The position numbers and the translations under genes are program-made. A stretch of 64,000 bases of DNA from the human T2T-CHM13v2.0 reference genome, Homo sapiens: assembly GCF_009914755.1 (NCBI RefSeq), contig NC_060933.1. The stretch is one strand, 5' to 3'. The notes beneath the pieces were generated by a model. The model was not told where the DNA came from. It did no database searches and worked only from the letters and a program-made list of their open reading frames with translations. This document shows, in pieces, positions 34,944-50,510 of the stretch. How positions within the stretch are numbered: the first letter of the stretch is position 1; each line of letters starts with the position of its first letter.

Positions 34944-35641
34944 GAGCAAGTGCTAACATTTATACACTTGCCTCACGTAATTATAAATTCAGTGCAGTTG
35001 TGGATCTTACATATTTAGCATGCACCACATGACACTAGAAAAGCTGAGAAGGACTAAAGCTATGTATAAAGTAGCTGGTGCATTGTGTTAATGAATGGTG
35101 TTAACCACACCAAATCTTTATTCTCAAAATTTATTTATGCCTCACATTGTTCTAAAAAAGATGTGAGATAGCTGAAAATTGCGTAGTATACAACAAAAGA
35201 AAATGAGTCATGATATCAAGGCAAAGAAAAAAAAGGGGGAAGGAAAAGTAAAATAAAACCAAGAAAACAATGTCTACTGTGGGGGTCCATGCATTTGTTA
35301 GTTTGTCATGAATTTGGCTTTAGATTTCTAGAACCTGACCCAAAGAGGGAAATCAGTTCTGAAATTTACACTGCTTTTATGATTAAAAAACACATTTGTT
35401 AAGGTAAAGCATATCTATGCTTCATACTGAAACTTAAGAAAATTAATCTCAATATTCCTTAGTGTGGATAGACACTATGCTGCCAAAATATATATTGTAA
35501 AGATTCTATACTATCAAGAAGTCCAGATAGATCATTCTTTTATGTTTAGAGAGGTAGAGTATCAAAGACTATATATTTTTCAGGCAGTACTCCATATAAA
35601 TTATTTCTGACATCAGAGATTTGTTTAAGTATTTGATGTCA

Positions 35642-35963
35642 GGCCGAGTGTGATGGTGGTTTAAGTATTTGATGTCAGGCCTGTAATCCTAGCACTTTGG
35701 GAGACCAAGGTGGGTGGATCACCTGAAGTCAGGAGTTTGAGACCAGCCTGGCCAACATGGCAAAACCCTGTCTCTACTAAAAATACAAAAATTAGCTGGG
35801 TGTGGTGGCATGTGCCTGTAATCTCAGCTACTCAGGAGGCTGAGGCATGAGAATCGCCTGAACCCGGAGGAGGAGGTTGTAGTGAGCCAAGATCAGGCCA
35901 CTACACTCTAGCCTGGGTGACAGAGTGAGACTCTGTCTCAAAAAAAAAAAAAAAAAAAAAAAA
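35642..35963 (+). mobile_element. Alu (AluS) with a copy of its own upstream flank inside the 5' end
   Basis: Full-length with A tail; see finding at 35623. Confidence 0.92.
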
Positions 35964-36260
35964 TTGCGGAGCACATATCCTATGTTCTTTCTTATGTGTC
36001 TGATAATGAATGAGTGTGGGCCCACAAACTTTTAAGTTGGAGGCACTGAGGGTATGGCTGACATCTGTTTAAGGGTGTGGAGATGTGTTAACTAGCCACG
36101 TAGCCTACTCAGTGGGATGAGCTCAGTGGGAATAAACAGTAGTAGCTTTGGGTTTCCTTCCTCCCTTCCTTCTTCCCTTTCTCAGGGGTCTCCCTGTCCT
36201 GTCCCTTTACTGTAATTAGGGCACTTCCTGAACTTTCTAGTGTTTTCAGTTCATTCTAGT

Positions 36261-36654
36261 TGTGGAAAGAAAAACTTCACACAAATTAAATTTAACAGAG
36301 TAAATTGAGCAAAGAACGATTCCAGAATCAGGCAGCTCTCAGAACCAGGAAAGGTTCAGAGGACTCTGCCCAGCAAGGTGGGCAGGCAGCATTTAAGACA
36401 GAAAATGGAAGTGAGGTATAGCAACAGCTTGATTGTTACAGCTCTGGGTTTGCCTTATTCAAACTTGTTCTGATCACTTGGCACCTGTGACTGGCTAGAG
36501 CTCAGCTGCTGTGATTGGCTGAGACTCAGCTATTTGTTACAAAAGCATATTACTAATCAGGCTTTCAGTGAGTTGATAAACTAAGTTAGGTTGCAGTTCC
36601 TTATAAACTCAAAGTTGAGAAGCATGCTCAGGCCAAATTTAGCTTGCTTTAACA
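36261..36654 (-). mobile_element. ERV1 solo LTR (MER51/MER57-like)
   Basis: tgt...aca termini; aaattaaatttaacagagtaaattgagcaaagaacgatt hallmark. Confidence 0.7.
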
Positions 36655-37321
36655 CAGTCCAATTTGAAGTTTCAATTTCTCATTCACTAAAATCTTCTCC
36701 CATATAAGCCCTGTACCTCCTGGTTTGGGCCTGACACTGAGGAAGGGGCTTACTATCAGTGTTTGTGTAGTGCTTCTAAATAACCCCAGCTTTCCGTTTC
36801 AATTTCATCTTTAAGTCAAGATTGTAGAAAGGTGCTTAAAATTTTGAAAATTTAGAAAAATTTAGATTACATATCCGTTTTAATTTTGAGTTTTATTTTA
36901 GTTTGGTTAGTAAATGTAATGTGTCATTTTTCTTGGGGATAGCTGAGATTTATGACCTAATAAAAGGTTAATTTTTATGATTATTCTGCGATTTTTTAAA
37001 AGAAGACTGCATTTTCTCTGTTGATTTGACATTTTTTTCTATCTCTATGAGATGAAGTTGTTAAAAGTCTTGAACACTTCTATTCTTTTGCTGCATATTC
37101 TCCCATATGGTAAGACAAGAACATTTTCATTCTGTTCCCTTCTTCATCCCTACCTTTTTTGCTATGTCCTATGTTATATCATCTGAGATTTTAGTTCCAT
37201 TTTTTTTTGCCGTGTATACTATATTTAAGATAATATTTAACTTTTAAGTTTAATTTAAAAAAATTATCTCAATTTAATTCCAGTTTTTTATTTTAACATC
37301 TGCACTTAATTTAACAATGAG

Positions 37322-37626
37322 GGCCGGGCACGGTGGCTCATGCCTGTAATCCCAGCACTTTGAGAGGCCTAGGCGGACGGATCACCTGAGGTCAGGAGTT
37401 CAAGACCAGCCTGGCCAACATGGTGAGACCCCGCCTCTACTAAAAATACAAAAATTAGCCAGGCATGGTGGCGGGTGCCTGTAATCCCAGCTACTCAGGA
37501 GGCTGAGGTGGGAGAATCTCTTGAACCCAGGAGGTGGAGGTTGCAGTGAGCCAAGGTGCGCCATTGCACTCTAGTCTGGGTGACAGAGTGAGACTCCATC
37601 TCAATAATAATAATTATTATAATTAT
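37322..37626 (+). mobile_element. Alu (AluSx-like), tail converted to (AAT)/(TTA) repeats
   Basis: TSD aatttaacaatgag. Confidence 0.93.
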
Positions 37627-38656
37627 AATTTAACAATGAGCTTTGCTTTTTATTTTGCTACTTGGATCCCTGTCTTCATTCATTTTTGTTGGAATATATC
37701 CTCTGACAATTCTTTCCAATCAGGTGAGTGATAAACATTCTAAAACCTAGAATTATCAAAAATGGCTTTACTTTTTTTTTTTGACTCTTGAACAATGCCT
37801 TAGCTGTAGAGAGAATTCTATTTGAAATTATTTATCTATCAGCATCCAATGTGCTGACATCAATGTGATTCTCATTTCTTTCTAGTTAATTTTCTGGCCT
37901 TTGAGATTTTTTTCTTCATTCCTGATATTCTGAAATTGTAATTCTTGATCATCCCAATTCATTCTCAGTTTAATTCTTCAATTCATTCTCTTTAATACAT
38001 AGTTCTTTCAATAAGAGAACTTCTGTCTTCCTTCTGTTTCTAGGAATTCTGTTATTTCTCTTTCTCTTTCTCTCTCTTTCTGAGTATATTCCTCTCTTCA
38101 ATCTATTCTTCCTTTTGATAATTACTATTAGAAAAATATTGAAACTTCTGTTCTGTTTTCATGTCTCTAAACTTTTCTTTCACACTACATTCTTAGGAAA
38201 TGGTATGGGCCAGTTTTGTAAATCATTAACTCACTCTTACTATTTATAATAACCTGTTCCTCTTTCAAGATATGACATCCTGTCCTATTCATCAAAGGAT
38301 GCTATTTTTCATTCATTTTATGTCTCTTGTTGTTTTAGTAATTCTGCTTCCTCAGGTGTTCATTCAGTAAATATTTACTGAGCACATCCTAGAACCCATA
38401 CACTTTTCTAGTTGCTGGAGATTAAATTTGATACCTTTGTCATGGTATTGGCTTTCCACCTGGATTTGTGATGGAGAGCTCATCCTTGTCTGTAATTGAC
38501 AGGTTCTAAACATCCTCTGCTGGTGGCCAGATCTTTTTGTTTTACATGAAAATTATCTTAATATTTGGAAAAATTGACAGGTTTCCAAATTCTTTTGACT
38601 TTTGGGGCTAACCAATATTACTGAGTTCTCATTTGCTTTTTTGAAACAATTGACTG

Positions 38657-38961
38657 GGCCAGGTGTGGTGGCTCATGCCTATAATCCCAACAACTTTGGG
38701 AGTCTGAGGGCAAGAGGATCACTTGGGGCCATGAGTTCAAGACCAGCCTGGGCAACATAGCAAGGGCTTGTCTTAAAAAAAAAATAGCTAGGCATGGTGG
38801 CATGCATCTGTAGTCCCTGCTACTTGGGAGGCTGAGGTGGAAGGCTCTCTTGATCCCTAGAATTCAAGGTTACAGTGAGCTGTGATGTGTGATGGCACCT
38901 CTGCACTCCAGAGCAAGACCCTGTCTCAAAAAACAAAACCCAAAATAACAACAACAAAAAA
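38657..38961 (+). mobile_element. Alu (AluJ-like)
   Basis: Diverged dimer with (AAC)-rich tail. Confidence 0.88.
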
Positions 38962-39609
38962 TGGAACACACTGGATCTAATTAGAGGCTACTGTCTAAGG
39001 TACGGCATGTTCATTTCTATTATCCTAACTCCAAACTATTTCAATCCTGCAGACACTTGAGCTTCTGATGTCTGTACTAGTCAAGAAAACCCTGTTTTTT
39101 CACAAAGGAGGAAACATGGAATGTAAGCAACCTTCTCAAGGTCACGTAGCTAATAACAGGCAAAACGTAAGCAAGAGCCACTGTCTGGAGGGTTTTCCTC
39201 TGCATTTAAAAGCTTCTGCTAAAGATATGCCCCAAAGTATTCAATCCACTAGTCCTTTTTCCAAGTGCTCAGACAGGTCAGGCAATATCCGTTCCATTTT
39301 CTTTCTTGAAGATCTTCTCACCTCCTCCCATTCTCTTGTTTCTGGTCAGCATTCTCTGTAGCACTACTGTAATCTTGGCATTCTCTTTGCCTCTTTCCTG
39401 CGTTTAATGCCCACTCCCTGGATCCAGGAATTACTTTGGATTACTCTTGTGTTTTACTAAAAGACAGTTTCTAAAAGCTTCCTAAGAAAGAGTTCATGGA
39501 GAGTAAAATTTTCAAGTCCTTCGGTACTTAATCATATTTCTATGCTACCTTCACACTTGATTGATAATTTACCAAGGTATAAAATTATATGTTAAAAATA
39601 ACTCCTGTT

Positions 39610-39835
39610 GTGACAAACAACTTATATGTACTTGTGGGAAGACCTCCTTTTTAATTGTTAGAACATGAGCATTGCATTTTTTGCAAGTACTTAATTGTCT
39701 GTGTATCACTGTGGCCCTTAGAAAATTTTCTAAAGTACTTAGAAAATAGAAACCTATATAATAGAGCGTTTTCTATTTTCTAAGTACTTTAATTATTTAC
39801 TTAGGATTTTTGGTTACAGAATGATATATATGAGT
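39610..39835 (+). repeat. Local duplication, copy 1 (226 bp); paralog at 41658-41883
   Basis: Ungapped alignment at offset 2048, about 22 mismatches by hand count. Confidence 0.97.
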
Positions 39836-41514
39836 TGAATTTGAAGGCATTGTTCTGCTTCCAGCATTGTTAGTGAGAAATCCAATGTCGTTGTGAGTCC
39901 TGTCATTTATCTGTGACCAGTTTTTTTTTTTTTCCTGGAGTTTTTAGCATCTTTTCTGTACTTACGAACTTAATATCTCACAATTATATGCCTTACTTTG
40001 GGTTCTCTTTTTATTCCCTGTGCTGACAATTCTATGAGGATTTTAATTTTGGAGATGAATATTATTTTTCATATTTTTGTCCCTTCCATTTATTTAAAAA
40101 AATTTAGATTTCTTATTCTAAATGTTGGATTGCCTAGATTGAGCCTAATTTTCTTATGTTCTCACCTTTGATTTTCATCTTTTCCTTTTCCTGAGCAATT
40201 CTCTTGTAATTTATCCTACAACCCTCCTACTGGCTTCCACATTTCATTTATAATATTTTTACTTTTGGAGAGCTCCTGCATTCTGATTTTCATAGCATTC
40301 TGTTCTTGTTTTGTGGGTGCAATAGTGTGTTTTATTTCTTTGAGGATGTGAGTCATAGTTGTTTTTTTTAACTGAGCTTTTTTCTGACCTTATAGATTAT
40401 GTTTCCTCTAAGATTTTTTCCAGATTCTTTCTCCCCCTCCTTATCTTTTTGATAATAGATTCCCTCCAATGCCTATCAAACCCTGGACATACATTCATAC
40501 TGTGATGCTATAAGGTGCTGACTGGAATTTCTGGGTGGAGGTATCACTTGTTGATGGTAACTTCATTATAGGATGAGTAGTGAAGGCAGTGAATTTGGGT
40601 CCCAAACGTCACTGTGAAGACATCTTTCTTTTAGAGCCATTCATTTTCTCTAGAAAAGAATCGTTTAGTCCCCTGCCAGGAGTTGTGGGAGTAGTACACG
40701 TGGTATTCTGGGGAAAATGACTGAGTGCCCTTGAGGTCAGCCAGATTTTCACTTAAACCTCTGCTTTACCTTCTCTTTTGGAGCTTGTACCCTCTAAATA
40801 CTATCCAGGTTCTATAAAGAGTAAATCTCTCTTATAAGGAAGAAGTTAAGGGTGGTTGGCTGATTTCAACAAGGTTCCTGCCAGGGTTTAATCATACCTG
40901 CATAGACTTCCAGCCAGTCCCCTGCTAAAACCCACACACTTCTCTCCTTCTTTCCAAGTTGCTTCCAGGTTCTCGTCCATGTTTTTTGTCTTCCAAGAAG
41001 ATATTGAAATGTTTTCTCTGCTCATGTCTCTCCTCTCATGTTCTTCTTGTGGGTTAATAACGTTTGTACTCCTTTACTGTCATGTTTGTTGTAGTTTGCG
41101 AAGGAAAGGAGATAGATATATGTGATTAACCTTCCAGGTTGAGCTAAAGTCTGGCTGAATATTTTTATTCTGTAGTAGAAGAAAAACTTATTTATGTACT
41201 CCCAGATGCAATAAAATTTGGATATCCTTAAACAATCCTAAGAAAGAAGGAATTCATTAGTATCACATTTTAATGAATTCTGAAGCACAGAACTGTGTGA
41301 ATCGAGAAAAAATCAGAAGTATCAGCTTCTCCTCCAGCTAACTTTTGGAATATAAATACCTTTTGCCATTTACCTAACTGTACTCTACATCAAGATGGCA
41401 TACCTTTAAATAAAAACATTTTAAAATTAAAAACTAAAATTCTGTTTTCCTCTGGATGTACCATGTGACTTTTCTGAGCACACGTGATTCGCGGTTTTTG
41501 TGATTTATTTTTAG

Positions 41515-41602
41515 AGGAGAACACTAAAGAATGGAACAACCACAGCTTGTTACTTTGCAACAATTCACACTGACTCATCTCTGCTCCTTGCCGACATTAC
41601 AG
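41515..41602 (+). CDS. GDA: GDA exon 4 (RRTLKNGTTTACYFATIHTDSSLLLADIT-D)
   Basis: ttttag|AGGAGA...TACAG|gtgagc; 88 nt, phase 0 to 1; GTTT motif typical of the family. Confidence 0.98.
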
Positions 41603-41657
41603 GTGAGCAAATGAAGCACGATTTATGGGCACCTCAAGCAAAGACAGCCAGACCATC

Positions 41658-41883
41658 GTGGCAAACAACTTATATGTACTTTTGGGCAGACCTGCCTTTT
41701 AATTGCTAGAACATGAGCATTACATTTTTTGCAAGTAATTACGTGTCTATATGTCACTGTGGCCCTTAGGAAATTTTCTAAAGTACTTAGAAAATAGAAA
41801 ACTGTATCATAGAGTGTTTTCTATTTTCTAAGTACTCTGATTATTTACTTACAATTTTTGGTTACAGAATGATATATATGAGT
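41658..41883 (+). repeat. Local duplication, copy 2 (226 bp), starting 55 nt into intron 4
   Basis: Same alignment as copy 1. Confidence 0.97.
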
Positions 41884-43028
41884 CTGAATTTTGTGTATTA
41901 ATTTAGGGCTTTTTAGGGAAACTTTACTAATTCTAGTTGTGGTAATAGTTTCTTATATCAGCAGATACATGGTGGCTATTGGCTAGAGTCAGGGCACTGT
42001 GCTAGATGCTGGAAACGCAATGAGATAAAAAATAGTCTCTGCCCTTGAGAAGCCAGACAGAATACCTACACCATTGATCACTAACCTTAGTAACAACTAT
42101 GGTGCTGTTACTAGACGTCTAGCATTGTGCAAAGCACTCTGGAAGAATTAGTTCAGCAGCAAACAGCCTTCTGAAGTGGTTACTGATGTCCTCATGTTAC
42201 AGATGGTTAGACTGACGCTCAGAGAGGATAAGTAACATGCCCAGGGTTGCACAGCTAGTAAGAAGAGCTGATTCTGGATTCGGGTTGATGATTCCAAAAC
42301 TTGTACCCAGCACAGTACCTGGCACATAGCAGGTGCTCAGTAAATACTGTTGGCTGATACACTGATGCCACTGTTTGCTTATGCAAAAGACCTGACCTAA
42401 TGGGTGACTCTGAAAATAGATACTACAGTCTTCAGAGAAGGCAAAGAGAACCCAGAACTACGACATCTGGGAAGGCTTTATGAAAGGGTCCTTTAAACTT
42501 GGCTTTGAAGTAAAGACAAGATGAGGAGAGGACAAACTGTCTTCTAGATAGGGGAAGGACACAGGTATGGGAACAGGAGTGTCAATAGTGGATGCAGGGA
42601 CCACAGTAGTTTAACTAGAGGAGTGGATTCATCGCCTGGGGGCAGTGGGAGAAGAGGGTAGGCAGATGGGAGGGTTCACATTGTAGAAGAGCTCAAATAT
42701 GCACCAAAGACTCAAAAAAGGTTCTGAGTCCAGGTGTGAGTGATGTGATGAAAGTGGTATTTTAAGGAAGATTAATCTAATGGCCAGTTATCTAAATGAA
42801 TTACAGGGGAAGGAGAGAGGCAGAAAGGTTTTTAAAAATCTCTTATGACAGAGATGGAGACACTGTAAAAACAATTACCATTGTCCCATATAGCCTCAGC
42901 TTTCTTGCTGAAATAGAATTCTTCCAGCACCTTTGATGAGGACTAGGTTCTAGTGCTGAGAGCTGCTAGTAAGACTGTGTAAAATTCCTCACAGATAATA
43001 TTGGCATTGTTTCAGTTAAGAATAGTAT

Positions 43029-43390
<362 letters not shown>

Positions 43391-43817
43391 TCACAACCCT
43401 ACACATAGCAGAGAACACTGTACATATATAGGTTTAGACCTTAACCAAATAATATCCACCACCTGGAGTAATCAGAGGAATAAGGAATCAGTCCAAATCT
43501 TTCCAATTCCAGTGCTCATGTTCTTATCCCTCAGCCATTCTGTGTTTTGTCTAGAAGAGGACCATGATAGAGAGAGGGAGAGAGAGAGATCCAAGGGATG
43601 GTGGTAGAGTAGGAGACAGGAGGGAGATTGTAAGTTGGGGTAGAAGAAGCTGAGTGTAGGTATGCCAATGACTAAGAGAGTCTTTCTTTAGGACCTGAGA
43701 CTGTTTGCTCCTTTACCATGTGATAAAATGAGAGCAAAGATAGTTACATATTTAATGAAAATATAGACACACTGGATAAGCAAAGGGAAAAACTGAATAA
43801 TAACTTAAAAACACCCA

Positions 43818-44205
<388 letters not shown>

Positions 44206-44349
44206 TTACTGAATATAGTAGGGAATTTGTGGTGGTTCTTGTTCTTAAGTGGTGTGATGGTGGATGATCTTTTACATTTTCATTTATGTTTTCCATATAT
44301 GATTTTAATTTAAAAATTACTGTTGAAAGCTTAGAAAAAGTACTGTTTC

Positions 44350-44645
<296 letters not shown>

Positions 44646-44706
44646 AGAAAAAGTACTGTTTCAGAAACAAACATGCCTTCATATTCTTTTTGTGTATACT
44701 TTACAG

Positions 44707-44812
44707 ATAAATTTGGACAGCGGGCATTTGTGGGCAAAGTTTGCATGGATTTGAATGACACTTTTCCAGAATACAAGGAGACCACTGAGGAATCGATCAA
44801 GGAAACTGAGAG
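44707..44812 (+). CDS. GDA: GDA exon 5 (KFGQRAFVGKVCMDLNDTFPEYKETTEESIKETE-R)
   Basis: ttacag|ATAAAT...GAGAG|gtaaaa; 106 nt, phase 1 to 2. Confidence 0.97.
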
Positions 44813-45079
44813 GTAAAAGGCCCATTTGTCTTGATTTGTCTTACAGGTGAATTCCTGTGCTGCACTGATGGAGTTAGAGATGGAAAAAGGAAACAGGATA
44901 CTGTTATCACCCAGTTGGGATGTGCACATAGTGACTCAGAATGTTCTGTTTAATGCAATGGGTCGGTTAGTCTACAGTGAATTTGATCAAACACTCGATA
45001 ATCATTAATGATTTACAAAGAGCTTTCCTTTGTAGTGCCACACTTGATCCTCATAGAAATCTCCATGAAGCATCTGTCT

Positions 45080-45876
<797 letters not shown>

Positions 45877-46664
45877 TAGATCACACCTCATATTCAATGT
45901 AAGTAAAGAGAATAAAAGAGAGAGAAACAGAGGGTATGCAAGAATACTTGCTATGGCATGTGTTAATTTAAAAATGATGATGGAAGTGAATAATTATTTG
46001 TGAAATAAAATAGTATACAAGAAGTTAGGAAAAATGAGTTATAGTTACAGGTTAATGAAAGACTTTCACTACAAAAGGATTTTTTTAAAAGATACCAAAG
46101 TAATATGTGTTTCCATGGTCCAGAACTTAGAGAAGCACAAAAAGGTATAAAGAAGAATTTTTTTTGTAATGAAACCACCAAAAGTTACCATAATAGGGTA
46201 TCTTTTATTGTTTTCTCAAGGTGGTATATGCATCCTTCACTACTATTTCGTCCTACCTTGGGAACAGGAAAGTTGTTCTGGATGTATGCTGTAATGGCCA
46301 TAACAGGCTAATATAGGGATCTAGAATATCCCCTCTCCACAAAGGTGACCTGAAAGAACATCTCTGCAAGCTGAAATGCAGGCATACAGGAGGGAAGATG
46401 TGGTTCCTTTTTCTGCTTTGGTTCTACATCTGTGCTCCTAGGGAATAGGGCCTCACTCTACTACCTGTAATAAAAGCTCTGAGGATGTTATGTGGTGACA
46501 CAGGCTAGAGAGAGACCATGGGAGGGACCAAGGCCCACTCTGCTGCTGCTGGACATTGAGCTGGATTCCCAAAGATTGTGGACAGCCTACTTTGGAAAGA
46601 TTTCCACCTCAAAGAATAGGATACCATATGCAGATAGAATCATAAAAAGTAAAGATGTGCAAGG

Positions 46665-47980
46665 AAAATGAAAACATGTTTCCACGTAAAGACTTGCAGG
46701 TAAATGTTCATAGTGACATCATTTATAGAAGACAAATGCAGAGCAGGTTCACTGCACATAGGTATCAATCCCAGGGGAGGACTCTAAACACCTCACCAAT
46801 ACTGCACACCACTTGCATGAATCTGGTGAGACAGCACACTTATACAACAAGTTAAGCAAAGCAAGTTTATTATGCACAGATAGGTAGCAAGGGACAATAG
46901 AAGCCTAGGTGAACTGATCCTCCACGGCTCAGGAAAGTTGCCCAAGAGTCTCATATGTGCATGCCCCACATCACATCATAGCTGAGGGACCCTGTGAGCA
47001 TGCTCTACCTGTGGTTTTATACCCAGATGAAACTGGTCTCACTGAGCTAAAACATTGCAGAACATCCTGTTCTAGGAGAAATGGGAACAGAACCCAGGCT
47101 GTTCTGACCAGTTTCTCCATATCTCAGGGTGGTTGCATTTCCAGCACATTCTACAGTTATTCTGATAACTACAAGTAAGAAAAGGGGAAAAACTGGGTCA
47201 CCAAGGCCATATGAGAACTTGTCCTGCACCAAATAGTGGAAACAACCAAAATGTTCATAACTGGTGAATGGATAAACAAAATGTGGTATACAATGGAATA
47301 TTATTCAGCCATAAAAAGGAATGAAGCACTGATACATACTACAACATGGATGGTTTTTAAAAACACTGTGCTAAGACAAAGAAACCAAACACAAAAGGCC
47401 ACACATTGTATGATTTAATTGATATGAAATGTATAGAAAATGCAAATTCATGGAGACAGAACACCAGCGATTGCCTGGGGCTGGAAGTAGGAAAAACTAT
47501 TTTTTTTTTTTTGAGACGGAATCTTGCTTTGTTGCCCAGGCTGGAGTGCAGTGGCACATTCTTGGCTCACTGCAAGCTCTGCCTCACAGGTTCATGCCAT
47601 TCTCCTGCCTCAGCTTCCCAAGTAGCTGCGACTACAGGCGCCCGCCACCACGCCCAGCTAATTTTTTGTATTTTTAGTAGAGACAGGGTTTCACTGTGTT
47701 AGCCAGGATGCTCTCGATCTCCTGACCTCGTGATCCACCCACCTCAGCCTCCCAAAGTGCTGGGATTACAGGTGTGAGCCACCGTGCCCGGCCCAGGAAT
47801 AGCTATTAACTAAATGGGCCCAAGGAATCTAACTGGGGTGATGAGAATGTTCAAAAACTAGGTTATGATGGTGGTTGTAAAACGCAATAAATCTACTAAA
47901 AATCATGGATTTGTGCACTTAAATCAGGTGAATTTTATGGTATGTAAATTATACTTCAATATAAATAGTTTTTAAAAATA
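46665..47980 (+). mobile_element. L1MB-like 3' end interrupted by an ERVL-type solo LTR (46737-47228) and an AluY (47500-47794, -)
   Basis: L1 sequence (...gtaaatgttcatag | ggaaacaaccaaaatgttc...) resumes after an insert bounded by tgca...tgca with acaaa/ccaaa TSD. Confidence 0.8.
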
Positions 47981-48709
47981 GCAGTATGTGGGTGAGATTG
48001 TGTTCATGTACATTTGTGTTTTCTAGTTCACATCCACTTTAGATAAGAGTTGAGTAGAAAGTGATTAGATTTTTTTAAAAGGAAGATTTTGTACAGAATA
48101 AATAGCTGTGAGCATATTTGCAGAGACTCCAGCTCTCTGTGATTTTCTCCTGTGGTACAGTAGTGCTTCTCTTGATGCTTCTAGCATTCTTCCCCTCACT
48201 TTTCTCCCTTAATCACACATTGTTGAAGCCAAAACCAAAAAACGCCTGAGAAGCTCAAGATGTATTAACACACTGCGTCGAATTAAAGTTGAAAGATGAT
48301 TAATGCACTGAGGCATTCTTCCTATTTGCCAAGGTCACTGTGTGGGTTTGTCCAACTTGAATGTCAATATTATTTTTGTGTAACAAATTATATTTAAAGC
48401 CTGCAGGAACTTGCTATAGGAGTCCTAGGGTAAATCCTCTTGTAAAATGAAGTAAATCATTTACCCTCTCCCTACCCTTTATTATAGACCAGGGCTTCTC
48501 CTGTAGATTGGATTTGCTTTTAAGTACATATGGCCTGCTCATTAAATTACTTTTGGTTGTGGGTCATACTATGGCTTGAGATTATGAATTTTCATTATGT
48601 TCTTTTTCATACAACATTGGGAGATTCTACTGACCATATAAATACTTTTCTTATATTTTAAAATGGCATTTCTATAGTACCTTAAGGATTTGACAAGAAA
48701 TTGTATTGG

Positions 48710-49060
<351 letters not shown>

Positions 49061-49941
49061 TAAGAGATACAGAAGAAAATGCTTTAGATACAAATCTTTG
49101 CCAAGACCAAACATATTCTGATGCAGGTTTTAGAAGTTCAGCTTTTTTTCTGTTCCCCAGACCCCTTTCCCCTTAAAAGTGTCCTCTGAAAAGGGAGCAG
49201 AGGGGCTGCTTACATGCTCACAGAGAGGAGGAAGTACCCGCCTTCCTTTAGCATCAGCCTATCCCAGCTTATCTATTAATCCATTTTTGTGGTGATAGTA
49301 AACCTTAATTCTCATTTTGTTCTGAAACAAAGGAATGCCAGAAGGCAGAAAACTACAGCTGCCTAGGGAGGGCAGAAAGAGCCATTTCATAGTCTTTACA
49401 GTTGCCACCATCCCTGCAGGCATAAACTGGTGGGATCACTACCATCCCATTCCCCATGCACCTCACAACCAACTCTCGCCTTTTCCTTCTGCTTTACTCC
49501 AAGGTTCATCCCCAAGAGAACTCTACCCTTGTAAATAAATGGTGATGTTGTGGGAACAAGTAGCTTCCACTTTAGGAGAATTCGAAGTAAAGAGCTTCAT
49601 GGCTTCTAAAAGCCTCCAAGTGCATAGGACTTCATGACTCTAACAACCGTAGAGCATAATATATTGCAACATTTCTCCAAACGGAGCTTGAGCTAGTAGA
49701 ACAGCTTGAGTGCTGTGGGAATATTTGAGAACAGCCCGACCGATGCTAGATGATAACATTACGTTTCCCTGTGATTTTGCACTCCATCTCTGGCTGCAAG
49801 TAAAAAAGCAGAGTAATTACTACTTGTTAATCTTTAATTAGTGGTGGTGGAACATGTGCAGCATTAGAAATGTTTGCATGAAAATCAGGATATGTAAGAA
49901 TCATGTTTTTATCTTTTTAAAATGTTTATTTGAAAATGGTC

Positions 49942-50293
<352 letters not shown>

Positions 50294-50297
50294 TCAG

Positions 50298-50325
50298 ATT
50301 TGTGTCAGAAATGCTCCAAAAGAAC
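50298..50325 (+). CDS. GDA: GDA exon 6, 28-nt mini-exon (FVSEMLQKN)
   Basis: ctaac branch site at 50272-50276; tttcag|ATTTGTG...AAGAAC|gtgagt; phase 2 to 0, restoring the frame between exons 5 and 7. Confidence 0.95.
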
Positions 50326-50510
50326 GTGAGTAACTTTGTTCAGAGCTCGCTTTTAGATTGCCTTTGCATTAGCTGTAGGATTCATAAAGTTGCTTGATAG
50401 TGATTAGTCTGTGTACGACTGGCTTATCTCATGCATGTAGAAGTATTTACCTAGAGCCTGATGTGTCACTGTGGACTGTCACTGTCAGCTCAGTGAAGTC
50501 AGACATTTTT

